Below are positions 53,361 to 61,177 of a stretch of 64,000 bases of DNA, in pieces (within the stretch, counting starts at the first letter, position 1; each line of letters starts with the position of its first letter). The DNA lies in the IMG/VR virus record IMGVR_UViG_3300049194_000052, positions 9,093-73,092 of that record. One strand, written 5' to 3'. A program made the translations under genes and the position numbers. The stretch is from a virus. The notes under the pieces were generated by a model, which was not told the origin of the DNA, searched no databases, and saw only the letters and a list, made by a program, of their open reading frames with translations.

Positions 53361-53789
53361 TCAGGGACTGGCGTTGTGAGCGGTCTCGTCCTCGTGGATG
53401 AGTTGGGCGAAGCGGAAGCGAGAGCCCCACAGCTCCGAGTAGCAGACGTCGCAGTCCGTGCGGCTGAACTCCATCTCGCCGTCATCACGGGGCTGCGTGT
53501 CGCAGCTGCCGCACGCCGGGCACAGCAATGCTTCGCGGTCGTCATCGGTCTCCTCGCGGAACTCGAAGCAAATCTCGTCGCCGATGTGGTCGCATTCAAG
53601 GCACTCGCGTTGCGGGTCGCCGCCGAAGTCGGGCACGAGACCTGGCAGCTTGGCCAGGCCTCGGTTGATCTCATGCATCAGGCGTGTCGCGCCGCGCTCG
53701 GTGTAGCTGTGATCGAGATGGCTGTAGTCGCCATTGACGGCGACCGGCATGCAGTCGCTACAGAGCCAAAGATCTCTGATGATCTTCAT
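53361..53789 (-). CDS. Hypothetical zinc-binding protein (four CxxC pairs)
   Basis: CSDC, CLEC, CPAC, CDVC; GGAG RBS. Confidence 0.75.
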   Translation of the reverse strand: MKIIRDLWLCSDCMPVAVNGDYSHLDHSYTERGATRLMHEINRGLAKLPGLVPDFGGDPQRECLECDHIGDEICFEFREETDDDREALLCPACGSCDTQPRDDGEMEFSRTDCDVCYSELWGSRFRFAQLIHEDETAHNASP

Positions 53790-54021
53790 AGTTGATCTCC
53801 AACGAGACAGGATTGGGGAAGGCATTCAGGGCCTCGCGGCCCAGGTCGGTAAGGACATAGAAGCCCTCGTCCTTGGCGATCAGCTGCTTGTTGAAGCAGG
53901 CCTGGAACGAGGGCCACGTTGGAATGCCGACCGGATGGGTGATGTCGACGCCGTGGACCTCGCATCGCTCGAAGTGCTTCAGCGTCTCGAACTGGTTGGC
54001 GTTGATCCACAGCAGGCGCAT
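53758..54021 (-). CDS. Hypothetical protein
   Basis: Coupled ORF. Confidence 0.6.
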   Translation of the reverse strand: MRLLWINANQFETLKHFERCEVHGVDITHPVGIPTWPSFQACFNKQLIAKDEGFYVLTDLGREALNAFPNPVSLEINYEDHQRSLAL

Positions 54022-54022
54022 G

Positions 54023-54295
54023 TCAGCCCCCGTTGCCGTGGCCGTTGCCGTTCCGGTCGGCCGCCGTCATGCTGATGTCGACCCAGTCCTTGATGCAGGC
54101 AACGAACTTGAAGTCGCTCGGGGCTTGCGCGGAATAGGTCGACAGGTGGCCCTCCTGGAAGGCCTGGTCCTGTGCGATGTCGATGGCGTGGTGGCACTCG
54201 TCGGCTTCGACGTATGCGATGTAGATCTCCTGGCCGTAGGGCACGGACACACACAGGTACTCGGGGTACAGCAGGATCACGGTGAAGTGGCTCAT
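54023..54295 (-). CDS. Hypothetical protein (FTVILLYP family)
   Basis: GAGGAGG RBS. Confidence 0.7.
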   Translation of the reverse strand: MSHFTVILLYPEYLCVSVPYGQEIYIAYVEADECHHAIDIAQDQAFQEGHLSTYSAQAPSDFKFVACIKDWVDISMTAADRNGNGHGNGG

Positions 54296-54435
54296 GCCAT
54301 TTCCTCCTCAAGCTGGAGCCCGAAGTCCTCAGGCTCTGGGTGGTTGGGGTCGCGTGGGTCGGGGTGGCACATCCGGGCTCGCCAGAAGGCCTCTTCCGCC
54401 AACTCGGTTGGATCGGGGAACTCGTCCTCGTCCAT
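54292..54435 (-). CDS. Very acidic 47-aa protein
   Basis: ATG 6 nt after the ardA stop; ATGA coupling to the next gene. Confidence 0.5.
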   Translation of the reverse strand: MDEDEFPDPTELAEEAFWRARMCHPDPRDPNHPEPEDFGLQLEEEMA

Positions 54436-54440
54436 GGCGA

Positions 54441-54974
54441 TCAGCAGTCGGTACGGAAGATCCAGACGCCTTCGCCGTCGACACGGATGGCGGTCATCCA
54501 CTGCTCGGCATCACGCAGCCAGGCCTCGTAGTCGAAATACTGTTTGACCTCGTCGGGCACGTCGTTCAGGTAGCCGGTGTCGTCGAGGTATTCGTAGGCC
54601 CAGTCGGTGGCGCTGTCGAAGGTGCCCATATAGGCCTCCTCCGCTTCCTCAAGGGTGCCGTCCTGGTTGACGTTGTCGAGGTACAGCTCCAGCACCTGGC
54701 GCTGCGTCTCGCTCAGCTCGACCCACTTCTCCCAGACCTCTTTGTTCAGGTGGCTCTCGCTGATGAAGGCGTCCGGGATGCCCTCCCAGTCCTGGAACAT
54801 CGGCTCGATCTCGCCGTACAGCTCGATCTCCTTGGCGTGCAGCTCGTTGACTGCCTCCCAGAAGCCGTCGATGTCGTCGTAGTCCTCCAGGTCCAGCCAG
54901 GCGCCGTGCAGGCTGCCTTCGTTGTAGGCCCGGTACGTGCCAACGTAGATGCGGGGTTCGGTGTCATATTTCAT
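54441..54974 (-). CDS. ardA: ArdA antirestriction protein (DNA mimic)
   Basis: RIYVGTY..YN.G.L.G.W.DL..Y...F...QD.EG.P...Y.G.F.S..DWA.E..P....YFDYE...RD; very acidic. Confidence 0.93.
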   Translation of the reverse strand: MKYDTEPRIYVGTYRAYNEGSLHGAWLDLEDYDDIDGFWEAVNELHAKEIELYGEIEPMFQDWEGIPDAFISESHLNKEVWEKWVELSETQRQVLELYLDNVNQDGTLEEAEEAYMGTFDSATDWAYEYLDDTGYLNDVPDEVKQYFDYEAWLRDAEQWMTAIRVDGEGVWIFRTDC

Positions 54975-54999
54975 GTGAACATCCTTAGTTCAAGAAATG

Positions 55000-55245
55000 T
55001 CAAACAACGGCCCGGCTGTGCAGGCGAGCCTTGATTTCTTCGGTGACGGCTGCGTCTCGGACCTCTGCGAGGGGCACTCGGTCCATGACGCGCATCGAGA
55101 CAGCCAGGTAGGTCTCCATGACCGCCCACGCATCGCGCAGGTCGCGGCGCTTGGAGCTGGCCAGCTGGCGGCGGAGGGCATAGGCGGCCTTGACCACCTT
55201 CTCCTTCGCAATGGTGTTGGCGAAGGTCGCCTGATCGTCTGACAT
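55000..55245 (-). CDS. Hypothetical protein
   Basis: AAGGAG RBS. Confidence 0.7.
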   Translation of the reverse strand: MSDDQATFANTIAKEKVVKAAYALRRQLASSKRRDLRDAWAVMETYLAVSMRVMDRVPLAEVRDAAVTEEIKARLHSRAVV

Positions 55246-55266
55246 ACTTCTCTCCTTCAGTAAATG

Positions 55267-55599
55267 TCAAAGCGACACGGGTTTGAACCGCATCGTGGCC
55301 AGCGGGTGCTTCGCCAGCACGTCCTGCACCGCCCGCCACATGCCCGGCAGATTGCTGATCCGGTTCTCGCTGTAGTCGTAGCTGCACATCACGTAGCGAC
55401 GCAGGTCCGGCTCCAACTCGAAGTCCTCGTGCTTGAAGCAGTACGTGATGTCGCGGTCGTAGTCCCGCATCAGCAGAAAGCGCGAGTCCTCCAACTCAAC
55501 GGTCCAGACGGCAACGCGCTGGCCGTTGACGGTGTAGGGTCGGCCGGTGTTCCAGGTGGCCTCAAGGCGGGCACGGGGCTCAAAGGCGACGTAGCTCAT
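55267..55599 (-). CDS. Hypothetical protein (WNTGRxYxxxGQR family)
   Basis: AAGGA RBS; ATGA coupling. Confidence 0.7.
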   Translation of the reverse strand: MSYVAFEPRARLEATWNTGRPYTVNGQRVAVWTVELEDSRFLLMRDYDRDITYCFKHEDFELEPDLRRYVMCSYDYSENRISNLPGMWRAVQDVLAKHPLATMRFKPVSL

Positions 55600-55859
55600 G
55601 GCAGATCCTTGGCGGTGAAGGGAACGGTCTTCCGCAGGCAGATGTAGACCACCTGACCCTCGGAGTCGATGGCGTCGCAGGTGCCGTTGTCGCGGACATC
55701 TACCTGCTGATCTTTGAAGGCCCAAACTGGGTCGTCGTCTGGGCCGGCACAGCGAATGCCGTTCGGGTGGAAGCGCCACGAGTCCTCGTCGATCTCGTAG
55801 CCGTTGATGATGACGATGGGTGCGCGGTGCAGCACCTTCTCAAGTGAAACGCGTGCCAT
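55596..55859 (-). CDS. Hypothetical protein
   Basis: GAGGA RBS. Confidence 0.7.
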   Translation of the reverse strand: MARVSLEKVLHRAPIVIINGYEIDEDSWRFHPNGIRCAGPDDDPVWAFKDQQVDVRDNGTCDAIDSEGQVVYICLRKTVPFTAKDLP

Positions 55860-55862
55860 GGC

Positions 55863-56156
55863 TCAGTCCTCAGGGTTGGGCAGGCGGGTCAGGATCACCA
55901 TGTCCACGACCTCGCGGGTGCTGGGGATCACGCCCAGCATGTGGGTCTGCGTGACCAGACGGTTCAGCTTGCAGCGGCTGATGTCCACAGCGATCTGCTG
56001 CATGAACCGCTGCAGGCGGCCGACGGGGGCTTCGAGGAACAGGCGCTCGCCAGGCTGCATGCGAGTGATCTGCCAGGGGCGGGAGCCGACACGTGGCCCT
56101 GTCGGGCCAGTAGAGCCCGGTGGACGTCCGCGCCGCTTCTTGGGCGTTTCGTCCAC
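55863..56156 (-). CDS. Hypothetical protein with N-terminal AT-hook
   Basis: KKRRGRPP; GAGGA RBS. Confidence 0.65.
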   Translation of the reverse strand: MDETPKKRRGRPPGSTGPTGPRVGSRPWQITRMQPGERLFLEAPVGRLQRFMQQIAVDISRCKLNRLVTQTHMLGVIPSTREVVDMVILTRLPNPED

Positions 56157-56159
56157 GGC

Positions 56160-56471
56160 TCAGTCCTCGAACTCTTCAGGGACCACGATTCCGCAGGTCC
56201 GCAGCAGCTCGATGGCCTGCTCCGGCAGCGAGAAGACGCCGTCGTAGTCGCGCAGGGTGCGCTTGCCGTCGACCATCTCGTACCACAGGCCGATCTCTTC
56301 GGTCCTCTCCAGGGCTGGGATGTCCCAATCGATGAAGCCACGACCGGCCTCACCTTCAACTTCGTGGAGGTCCATCGTGGACTCATGCTTGCCCTGGTCA
56401 CTGACGCCCCAGCTGCCTTCGAGAACCAGCTCAGTGGTGAAGGTCTTGCTCGCAATGGGTTTGTTGCTCAT
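56160..56471 (-). CDS. Acidic hypothetical protein (DWDIP...IGLW...DYDGVFSLP)
   Basis: AAAGGA RBS before MSNK. Confidence 0.75.
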   Translation of the reverse strand: MSNKPIASKTFTTELVLEGSWGVSDQGKHESTMDLHEVEGEAGRGFIDWDIPALERTEEIGLWYEMVDGKRTLRDYDGVFSLPEQAIELLRTCGIVVPEEFED

Positions 56472-56502
56472 TGATGTTCCTTTCAAGCGGAAAGTGTCAA
56501 AG

Positions 56503-56733
56503 TTAGTTGACGAGGAGGACGTCGCCGTCGCGGCTCTTCCAGGTGTCGCAGACCCCACACGCCTTGGGTTCGAACTCGTGCTTCACGCAGCGGGCTCGGT
56601 GGTGGCGTGGAAGCGAGTTCACGAGGTGCAGGCCGGCCTGGCGGAAGTGCACGCAGCTGTCGCAACGTGGCACGTTGTCGTCGTAGTTCACCGCCAACTT
56701 GATGGAGCGGTTGCGTCGGTTGCGGCCGTTCAC
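56503..56733 (-). CDS. Small Cys-rich protein (CxxCxH...C...CD)
   Basis: GTGA coupling to the upstream stop. Confidence 0.55.
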   Translation of the reverse strand: MNGRNRRNRSIKLAVNYDDNVPRCDSCVHFRQAGLHLVNSLPRHHRARCVKHEFEPKACGVCDTWKSRDGDVLLVN

Positions 56734-57059
56734 TGGGGCTCCCGCGGCAGCTGCCCGTACTGCTCCATCAGCTTGCGACACATGACGATGGTGGCGAACG
56801 CCTCCATCAGCTTGGGCGGTTTGTCTCGATCTCCGAATGTGCGCACCACCATCTGCAGAACCGAGTCGGCTTCGTCGGCGAATTCGCGGAATTGCACGGT
56901 GTGCTGGTGCAGCACCGCGATGACCGCATCAGCGATCACGTCGATGTTGCGCGAGTCAAAGATGTCAAGCTGCACACTCTGGGTCGGAGAGACCCAGTGC
57001 ACGGCGAGACAGTCCTGGATGGCCTGGCCGATGTTGTCGCGAAGGTTGTCGTGGTTCAT
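56730..57059 (-). CDS. Hypothetical protein
   Basis: Operon context. Confidence 0.65.
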   Translation of the reverse strand: MNHDNLRDNIGQAIQDCLAVHWVSPTQSVQLDIFDSRNIDVIADAVIAVLHQHTVQFREFADEADSVLQMVVRTFGDRDKPPKLMEAFATIVMCRKLMEQYGQLPREPQ

Positions 57060-57065
57060 GTGTGC

Positions 57066-57698
57066 TCAGGGTTGGATGCGGAACTGGCGGTCTTCGCGCT
57101 GGCGGAGGTAGCTCGCGACGTTGGCCACGCGCACCACCTTGTCGCTGTTGCAGATCCAGTTGTCGAAGTAGCCGTTGTCGCGGTACGAGTCCATGAGGTC
57201 CGACTCGTACTCGGGCATCAGACCCTTCCACTCGGACCAGGCGGCAACCAGGCAGCTGACCTGGTTGTGGTCCCACTCGTCGAGGCACTTCCAGCTGTCG
57301 ACGTTGGGGCTGTAGAAGCTGATGAAGCCGCTGCGCGAGGTGAACATCTCGGCGGCCTTAGCGTCCAGCACCTGGATCGGCACCTCGTGGAAGATTCGCT
57401 CGATGTCGGCCGGCTCGACGAACGCGAAGATGCGATCGGTCTCGAAGTTGTACTCGCGGGGTGACTTGAGTTCGACGAAGTGGCCCTTCAGTCCATGCAG
57501 ATCCAGCCAGGCCTCGGTGTACGCCTTGGCGTACTCCTCGTGGACCCTGACCCAGTTGACCTCGAAGTAGGCGCGGTTGTGCAGCTCGACATTCACGTGG
57601 CAGCCGCTGCTGTCGGACAGCATCTGATCGAAGGCGTCGTCCAGCAGCTGGTCGTGCCAGGTGTTGTAGAAGCCGTCGAAGGGGATGGTGGTGATCAT
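57066..57698 (-). CDS. Conserved phage hypothetical protein (FxGFY...SPREYNFxTDRI...SRSGFISFY)
   Basis: Recognisable widespread early-gene family; function unknown. Confidence 0.8.
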   Translation of the reverse strand: MITTIPFDGFYNTWHDQLLDDAFDQMLSDSSGCHVNVELHNRAYFEVNWVRVHEEYAKAYTEAWLDLHGLKGHFVELKSPREYNFETDRIFAFVEPADIERIFHEVPIQVLDAKAAEMFTSRSGFISFYSPNVDSWKCLDEWDHNQVSCLVAAWSEWKGLMPEYESDLMDSYRDNGYFDNWICNSDKVVRVANVASYLRQREDRQFRIQP

Positions 57699-57706
57699 GA
57701 GTGCCC

Positions 57707-57976
57707 CTAGATGACGTAGTTAGCTGGCGGCGGCTCGTCGAGCAGCTCGCCACTGAACCAGCCGATTTCCTTGAGGTAGTCGGTGGCGATTTCTTCGGCG
57801 GTGTCGTCGTCGAGGCGCACGGCGGGCAGGTAGGAGTGGACGGCGACGAACATGGGCTCGAAGCCACAGTCCCAACCCACGAGGCGAGCCTTCAGCGGGA
57901 TGACCTCACCGGTGTGCACGGCGAGGGCGTCGTCAACGGAGTGGCCGACATAGGCCAAGGCTTGATGGCGGTTCAT
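57707..57976 (-). CDS. Hypothetical protein
   Basis: AAGGA RBS. Confidence 0.7.
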   Translation of the reverse strand: MNRHQALAYVGHSVDDALAVHTGEVIPLKARLVGWDCGFEPMFVAVHSYLPAVRLDDDTAEEIATDYLKEIGWFSGELLDEPPPANYVI

Positions 57977-57997
57977 ATTGCCTTCCTTCGCAAAGTG

Positions 57998-58312
57998 TCA
58001 ATCATTGGGATGGAACCATTCACGTTCGTCTTCGTCATCGTCGTCGTCGACGTGGCCCATCTGGTGGCGACCGTAGAAGGCGTCGCATCGAGACTTCACA
58101 TCCATGGCAATGCCCTGCCAGGCTTCGCCACTGACCAGGCCGTTGCCGAGCTTCTCGACCGGCGTAGCGATGACCCTGGCGCTGTACTCCTGGATGGCTT
58201 CCATGATGAAAGCCTGGCACAGGCCGCCGTAGGGGCTGTATCGCATGAGATCGGCAACGAGGGCCTCGTTGTCGGTGATGCGCTTCATGCGCTCGATGTC
58301 GTACTTGTTCAT
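57998..58312 (-). CDS. Hypothetical protein (..S.YG.L.QAF..EA...Y...V family) with acidic tail
   Basis: TGACATG coupling. Confidence 0.7.
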   Translation of the reverse strand: MNKYDIERMKRITDNEALVADLMRYSPYGGLCQAFIMEAIQEYSARVIATPVEKLGNGLVSGEAWQGIAMDVKSRCDAFYGRHQMGHVDDDDDEDEREWFHPND

Positions 58313-58313
58313 G

Positions 58314-58565
58314 TCAGTACCTGTACCCGCGGTTCTCGCGAAGGATCTGCGCGTTGATCATGTGTTCGCCGGAGCGCTGATCCGAAACTCGGGCGCACAC
58401 CTGCTCGATGTATTCGACGCTCGGGTTGCCTGGGGCTTCGATCAGATCCTGTGCGATCTCCAGGCGGTCACCCGCCGAAAGCATCGCGTCGCTCTTGAAG
58501 ACGGTCTCGCAGATGCGGACGTAGCGCTCCATCGCGGAGAAGGTCATGTTGGACCAGGTTGTCAT
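58314..58565 (-). CDS. Hypothetical protein
   Basis: GGAG RBS. Confidence 0.65.
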   Translation of the reverse strand: MTTWSNMTFSAMERYVRICETVFKSDAMLSAGDRLEIAQDLIEAPGNPSVEYIEQVCARVSDQRSGEHMINAQILRENRGYRY

Positions 58566-58566
58566 G

Positions 58567-58728
58567 TCAGGCTCCAGTGAGTTGGTGAGTTTGGGACTCC
58601 GCCTTCAGGCGCTCGATTTGCTGCTGCATGGCCAGGACCAGTGCGTCCAGGCGGGATATCTCATCCAGTGCGGCACGCTGCAGGCACAGGCTTGGGGACT
58701 GCAGGATGAGGGCTTCACGGATTTGCAT
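58567..58728 (-). CDS. 53-aa coiled-coil protein not in the ORF track (MQIREALILQSPSL...)
   Basis: AGGAG RBS, fills the gap exactly, TGACATG coupling downstream. Confidence 0.6.
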   Translation of the reverse strand: MQIREALILQSPSLCLQRAALDEISRLDALVLAMQQQIERLKAESQTHQLTGA

Positions 58729-58936
58729 GGTGGGGCTCCTGTGAAACGCCTGCTGCGATCCCCTGCTCGATGAGGTCCTGCCAACCGACCGACCAGGTGC
58801 GGCCTGTCTTCATGTCCTTGACAGCCGGGGTATGGCCGTTGATCAAGCTCATCTCGAACTCGGTGCCATCGGGGCCGGTTGCTGTGCCAACGAGGCTGCG
58901 CAGCAACATCGCGTCCTTCTCATACATCTTTGACAT
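58715..58936 (-). CDS. Hypothetical protein
   Basis: AAGGAGG RBS region; start MSKMYE. Confidence 0.7.
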   Translation of the reverse strand: MSKMYEKDAMLLRSLVGTATGPDGTEFEMSLINGHTPAVKDMKTGRTWSVGWQDLIEQGIAAGVSQEPHHANP

Positions 58937-58937
58937 G

Positions 58938-59297
58938 TCATGCCTCCTTGTGCCAGACCGTGACCCGGAACTCACTTGCCCAGGGCTCGTAGTCGTGATC
59001 AGCCATGGCCCGCTGGTCCTCTGCCCAATCGAAGCCGCCCTGCAGCGCGATGGACTCGACGTTGGGGAAGCGGCGCTGGATCTCGGCGATGTCCCGGTTG
59101 GTGGTTGCCTCAGTGGCCTTCCACTCCCAGCAACCGCTCTCAGTCAGGTACTCGTTGCCGTCTGAGGCGATGAACTCGGTCATGCGCTGACGCAGCACAC
59201 CAGGGCCACAGCTCCGTTCCGCTTCGTCACGGGCAAAGTCGAGAGCGGAGTCGACGTCGTCGACGAGGGACTCAAACGAGTCGTGAATCATTCCCAT
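58938..59297 (-). CDS. Acidic hypothetical protein
   Basis: AAGGA RBS. Confidence 0.7.
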   Translation of the reverse strand: MGMIHDSFESLVDDVDSALDFARDEAERSCGPGVLRQRMTEFIASDGNEYLTESGCWEWKATEATTNRDIAEIQRRFPNVESIALQGGFDWAEDQRAMADHDYEPWASEFRVTVWHKEA

Positions 59298-59338
59298 GAT
59301 GCTTTCCTTTTGAAAGTGTCATTCCTGGCACAAAGCGA

Positions 59339-59364
59339 GAGCCCAAGGTGGTCGCCTTGGGCTC
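59339..59364. other. 10-bp stem-loop in the leader downstream of the early promoter
   Basis: GAGCCCAAGG-TGGTCG-CCTTGGGCTC. Confidence 0.7.
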
Positions 59365-59375
59365 AGGTGCGGCGC

Positions 59376-59403
59376 AGTATGCCGCAAATTGAATAAGTGT
59401 CAA
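59376..59403 (-). promoter_or_regulatory. Sigma70-like early promoter coincident with a 21-bp motif copy
   Basis: TTGACA-N16-CATACT directly after a terminator. Confidence 0.6.
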
Positions 59404-59427
59404 ACGTGCTCAGCGCACGGATGGCTG

Positions 59428-59463
59428 AAATAAAAAGAACCCCGGCAGCGTTGACCGCCGGGG
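59428..59463 (-). terminator. Intrinsic terminator
   Basis: CCCCGGC-N10-GCCGGGG then TTCTTTTTATTT. Confidence 0.8.
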
Positions 59464-59479
59464 CTGAAGTGCGACGCTG

Positions 59480-59710
59480 TCACGGTCGCACAGGGAGGTC
59501 CTTGAAAACTGGTGTGTGAGCACGCTCGATGACGTCGAGCACGCCCTCATCGAATGCTGAGTCAACGGCGCCCATGGCGCGGTTGGCATCGAACTCCGAG
59601 ATGAGGCCGCTCAGCCCCCGGTCTCGGATCATTTCCTCGGCCCACGCTTTCCCGCGCAGCCGATGCTTTTCACGACGCCCATGAAGCATCGTGGTAATCC
59701 ACTTGATCAT
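59480..59710 (-). CDS. Hypothetical protein
   Basis: GGGAGG RBS. Confidence 0.65.
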   Translation of the reverse strand: MIKWITTMLHGRREKHRLRGKAWAEEMIRDRGLSGLISEFDANRAMGAVDSAFDEGVLDVIERAHTPVFKDLPVRP

Positions 59711-59725
59711 GATTTCCTCCCTACC

Positions 59726-59769
59726 AAAAGGTTAGCCCGCCATCCCAAGGACTTGGGGGCGGGCTAACC
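59726..59769 (-). terminator. Long stem-loop with U-tract
   Basis: 12-bp GGTTAGCCCGCC/GGCGGGCTAACC stem plus inner CCCAA/TTGGG, then TTTT. Confidence 0.7.
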
Positions 59770-59796
59770 CTAGGAGTGTGGTGAGTTACAGGGGTG

Positions 59797-60069
59797 TCAG
59801 CCGGGCTTCTCTGCCCACTCAGCGTGTCGCTGGCGTGGGCCCTGAGCATCAAGCGCTCGAAGGACGTCCGACGCTGTGTCACTTGCCACCCGCAGGTCTT
59901 GCGACTGCATCAGGTTGGTGATCTTTGCCCGCAGCTCATGTAGCGGGCCGTGAGGCTCACGAGACGCAGTGCCAGCGTCAAGGACGTACTCGCCGCCCAC
60001 GTTGGCGACCAGTACATGGCAGCACGACTCGTAGTCGAGGTAGTTGACCTTGTCGATATCACTGTTCAT
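59797..60069 (-). CDS. Hypothetical protein
   Basis: GGGAG RBS before MNSDID. Confidence 0.6.
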   Translation of the reverse strand: MNSDIDKVNYLDYESCCHVLVANVGGEYVLDAGTASREPHGPLHELRAKITNLMQSQDLRVASDTASDVLRALDAQGPRQRHAEWAEKPG

Positions 60070-60082
60070 TTGGGTCTCCCGT

Positions 60083-61177
60083 TCATGGTTTCTTCTCCGG
60101 CCTGCGACCACGAGCGATCTCGAAGCCGAAGCGAACCTGCTCCAGCGCGTCGCGACCATAGCGGAAGCCAGCGGCCTCGAACTCGGCCCAGGCCTGGTCG
60201 AAGGTCTCGTCGAGGACCTGGCGGATGGCGGCTCGGATCGGCTTGGCCAGCGGCACGTCGAAGTCGTCGGCAAACTGGCCGAAATCCCAGGCTTCGTTGA
60301 GGAGTGCCCAGCCTTCATGGTTGAAGCGCAGTTCCAAAGAAGCGAAGTCGACGCTCTCGATCTTGGGCTTGGCGGTGCCATAGCGATTGCCGAACAGCAT
60401 GAGATCGAGCAGGCCCCGCTCACGATCCTCTGCCGCAGTGGCGACGCGCAGCTCCAGGTCGGAGAAGTCAGCAGTAACCATGCGGTCGCTGGGCTCGACA
60501 GGGCCCGGGTAGTCGCACGGGTGGCCTGGGTAGGTCTGCTTTTCAGGCTTGTACGTGACGCGACGACCGGTCGTCGGTGGCGGAGTGATCAGGGCCTTCG
60601 CCAAGGCGTACAGCACATGCGCCTCACGAGGTGCTCCATCACGGTTGGGCCACACGGCGACCACACCAGGTCCGTCGTCAGGTGAAGAGACGACCAGGCG
60701 TTCGTCCTGGTTACCCTTGACCACACCCCAGCCTGGGGGTAGGGCACTGGGCAGGCCGTTGACGACGAACGTCGCCGCGTCGCAGAACGCCCGCATCTGA
60801 CTCTCCGTCTCAGGGTCTACAGGGCCACCCACCTCCTTGAGTGCGTCGACGGGGTGCACAGGCTCGACGTGGCGGCGCTCGTCGCCGGCCGGCTCGGACT
60901 TGTAGAACACTTGGATGCGGGAAGGGTCCACGTGCTCGCCGTCGACCAGGAAGCCAGTTCCGAACAGGTACATGTCGCGCTCTGCCTTCTCGCGCTCGGG
61001 GCCTGCCGCTTTCGCCGACGCGGCCAGCATGCGCTGCGCCGCCGCGGCCAGCATGCGCCGCGCTGCCTCGAACCCGGCCCGCGCCGCGTTGTGCGGGTTG
61101 GCGGGGTAGCCGTACTCCATGAGCACGGCTTCGATCTCGGCCATCGCTTCTGAGGGCTTGGGCAATGTCGCTGTCAT
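60083..61177 (-). CDS. Mosaic hypothetical protein
   Basis: GGAGG RBS before MTATLP; ATGA coupling. Confidence 0.7.
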   Translation of the reverse strand: MTATLPKPSEAMAEIEAVLMEYGYPANPHNAARAGFEAARRMLAAAAQRMLAASAKAAGPEREKAERDMYLFGTGFLVDGEHVDPSRIQVFYKSEPAGDERRHVEPVHPVDALKEVGGPVDPETESQMRAFCDAATFVVNGLPSALPPGWGVVKGNQDERLVVSSPDDGPGVVAVWPNRDGAPREAHVLYALAKALITPPPTTGRRVTYKPEKQTYPGHPCDYPGPVEPSDRMVTADFSDLELRVATAAEDRERGLLDLMLFGNRYGTAKPKIESVDFASLELRFNHEGWALLNEAWDFGQFADDFDVPLAKPIRAAIRQVLDETFDQAWAEFEAAGFRYGRDALEQVRFGFEIARGRRPEKKP

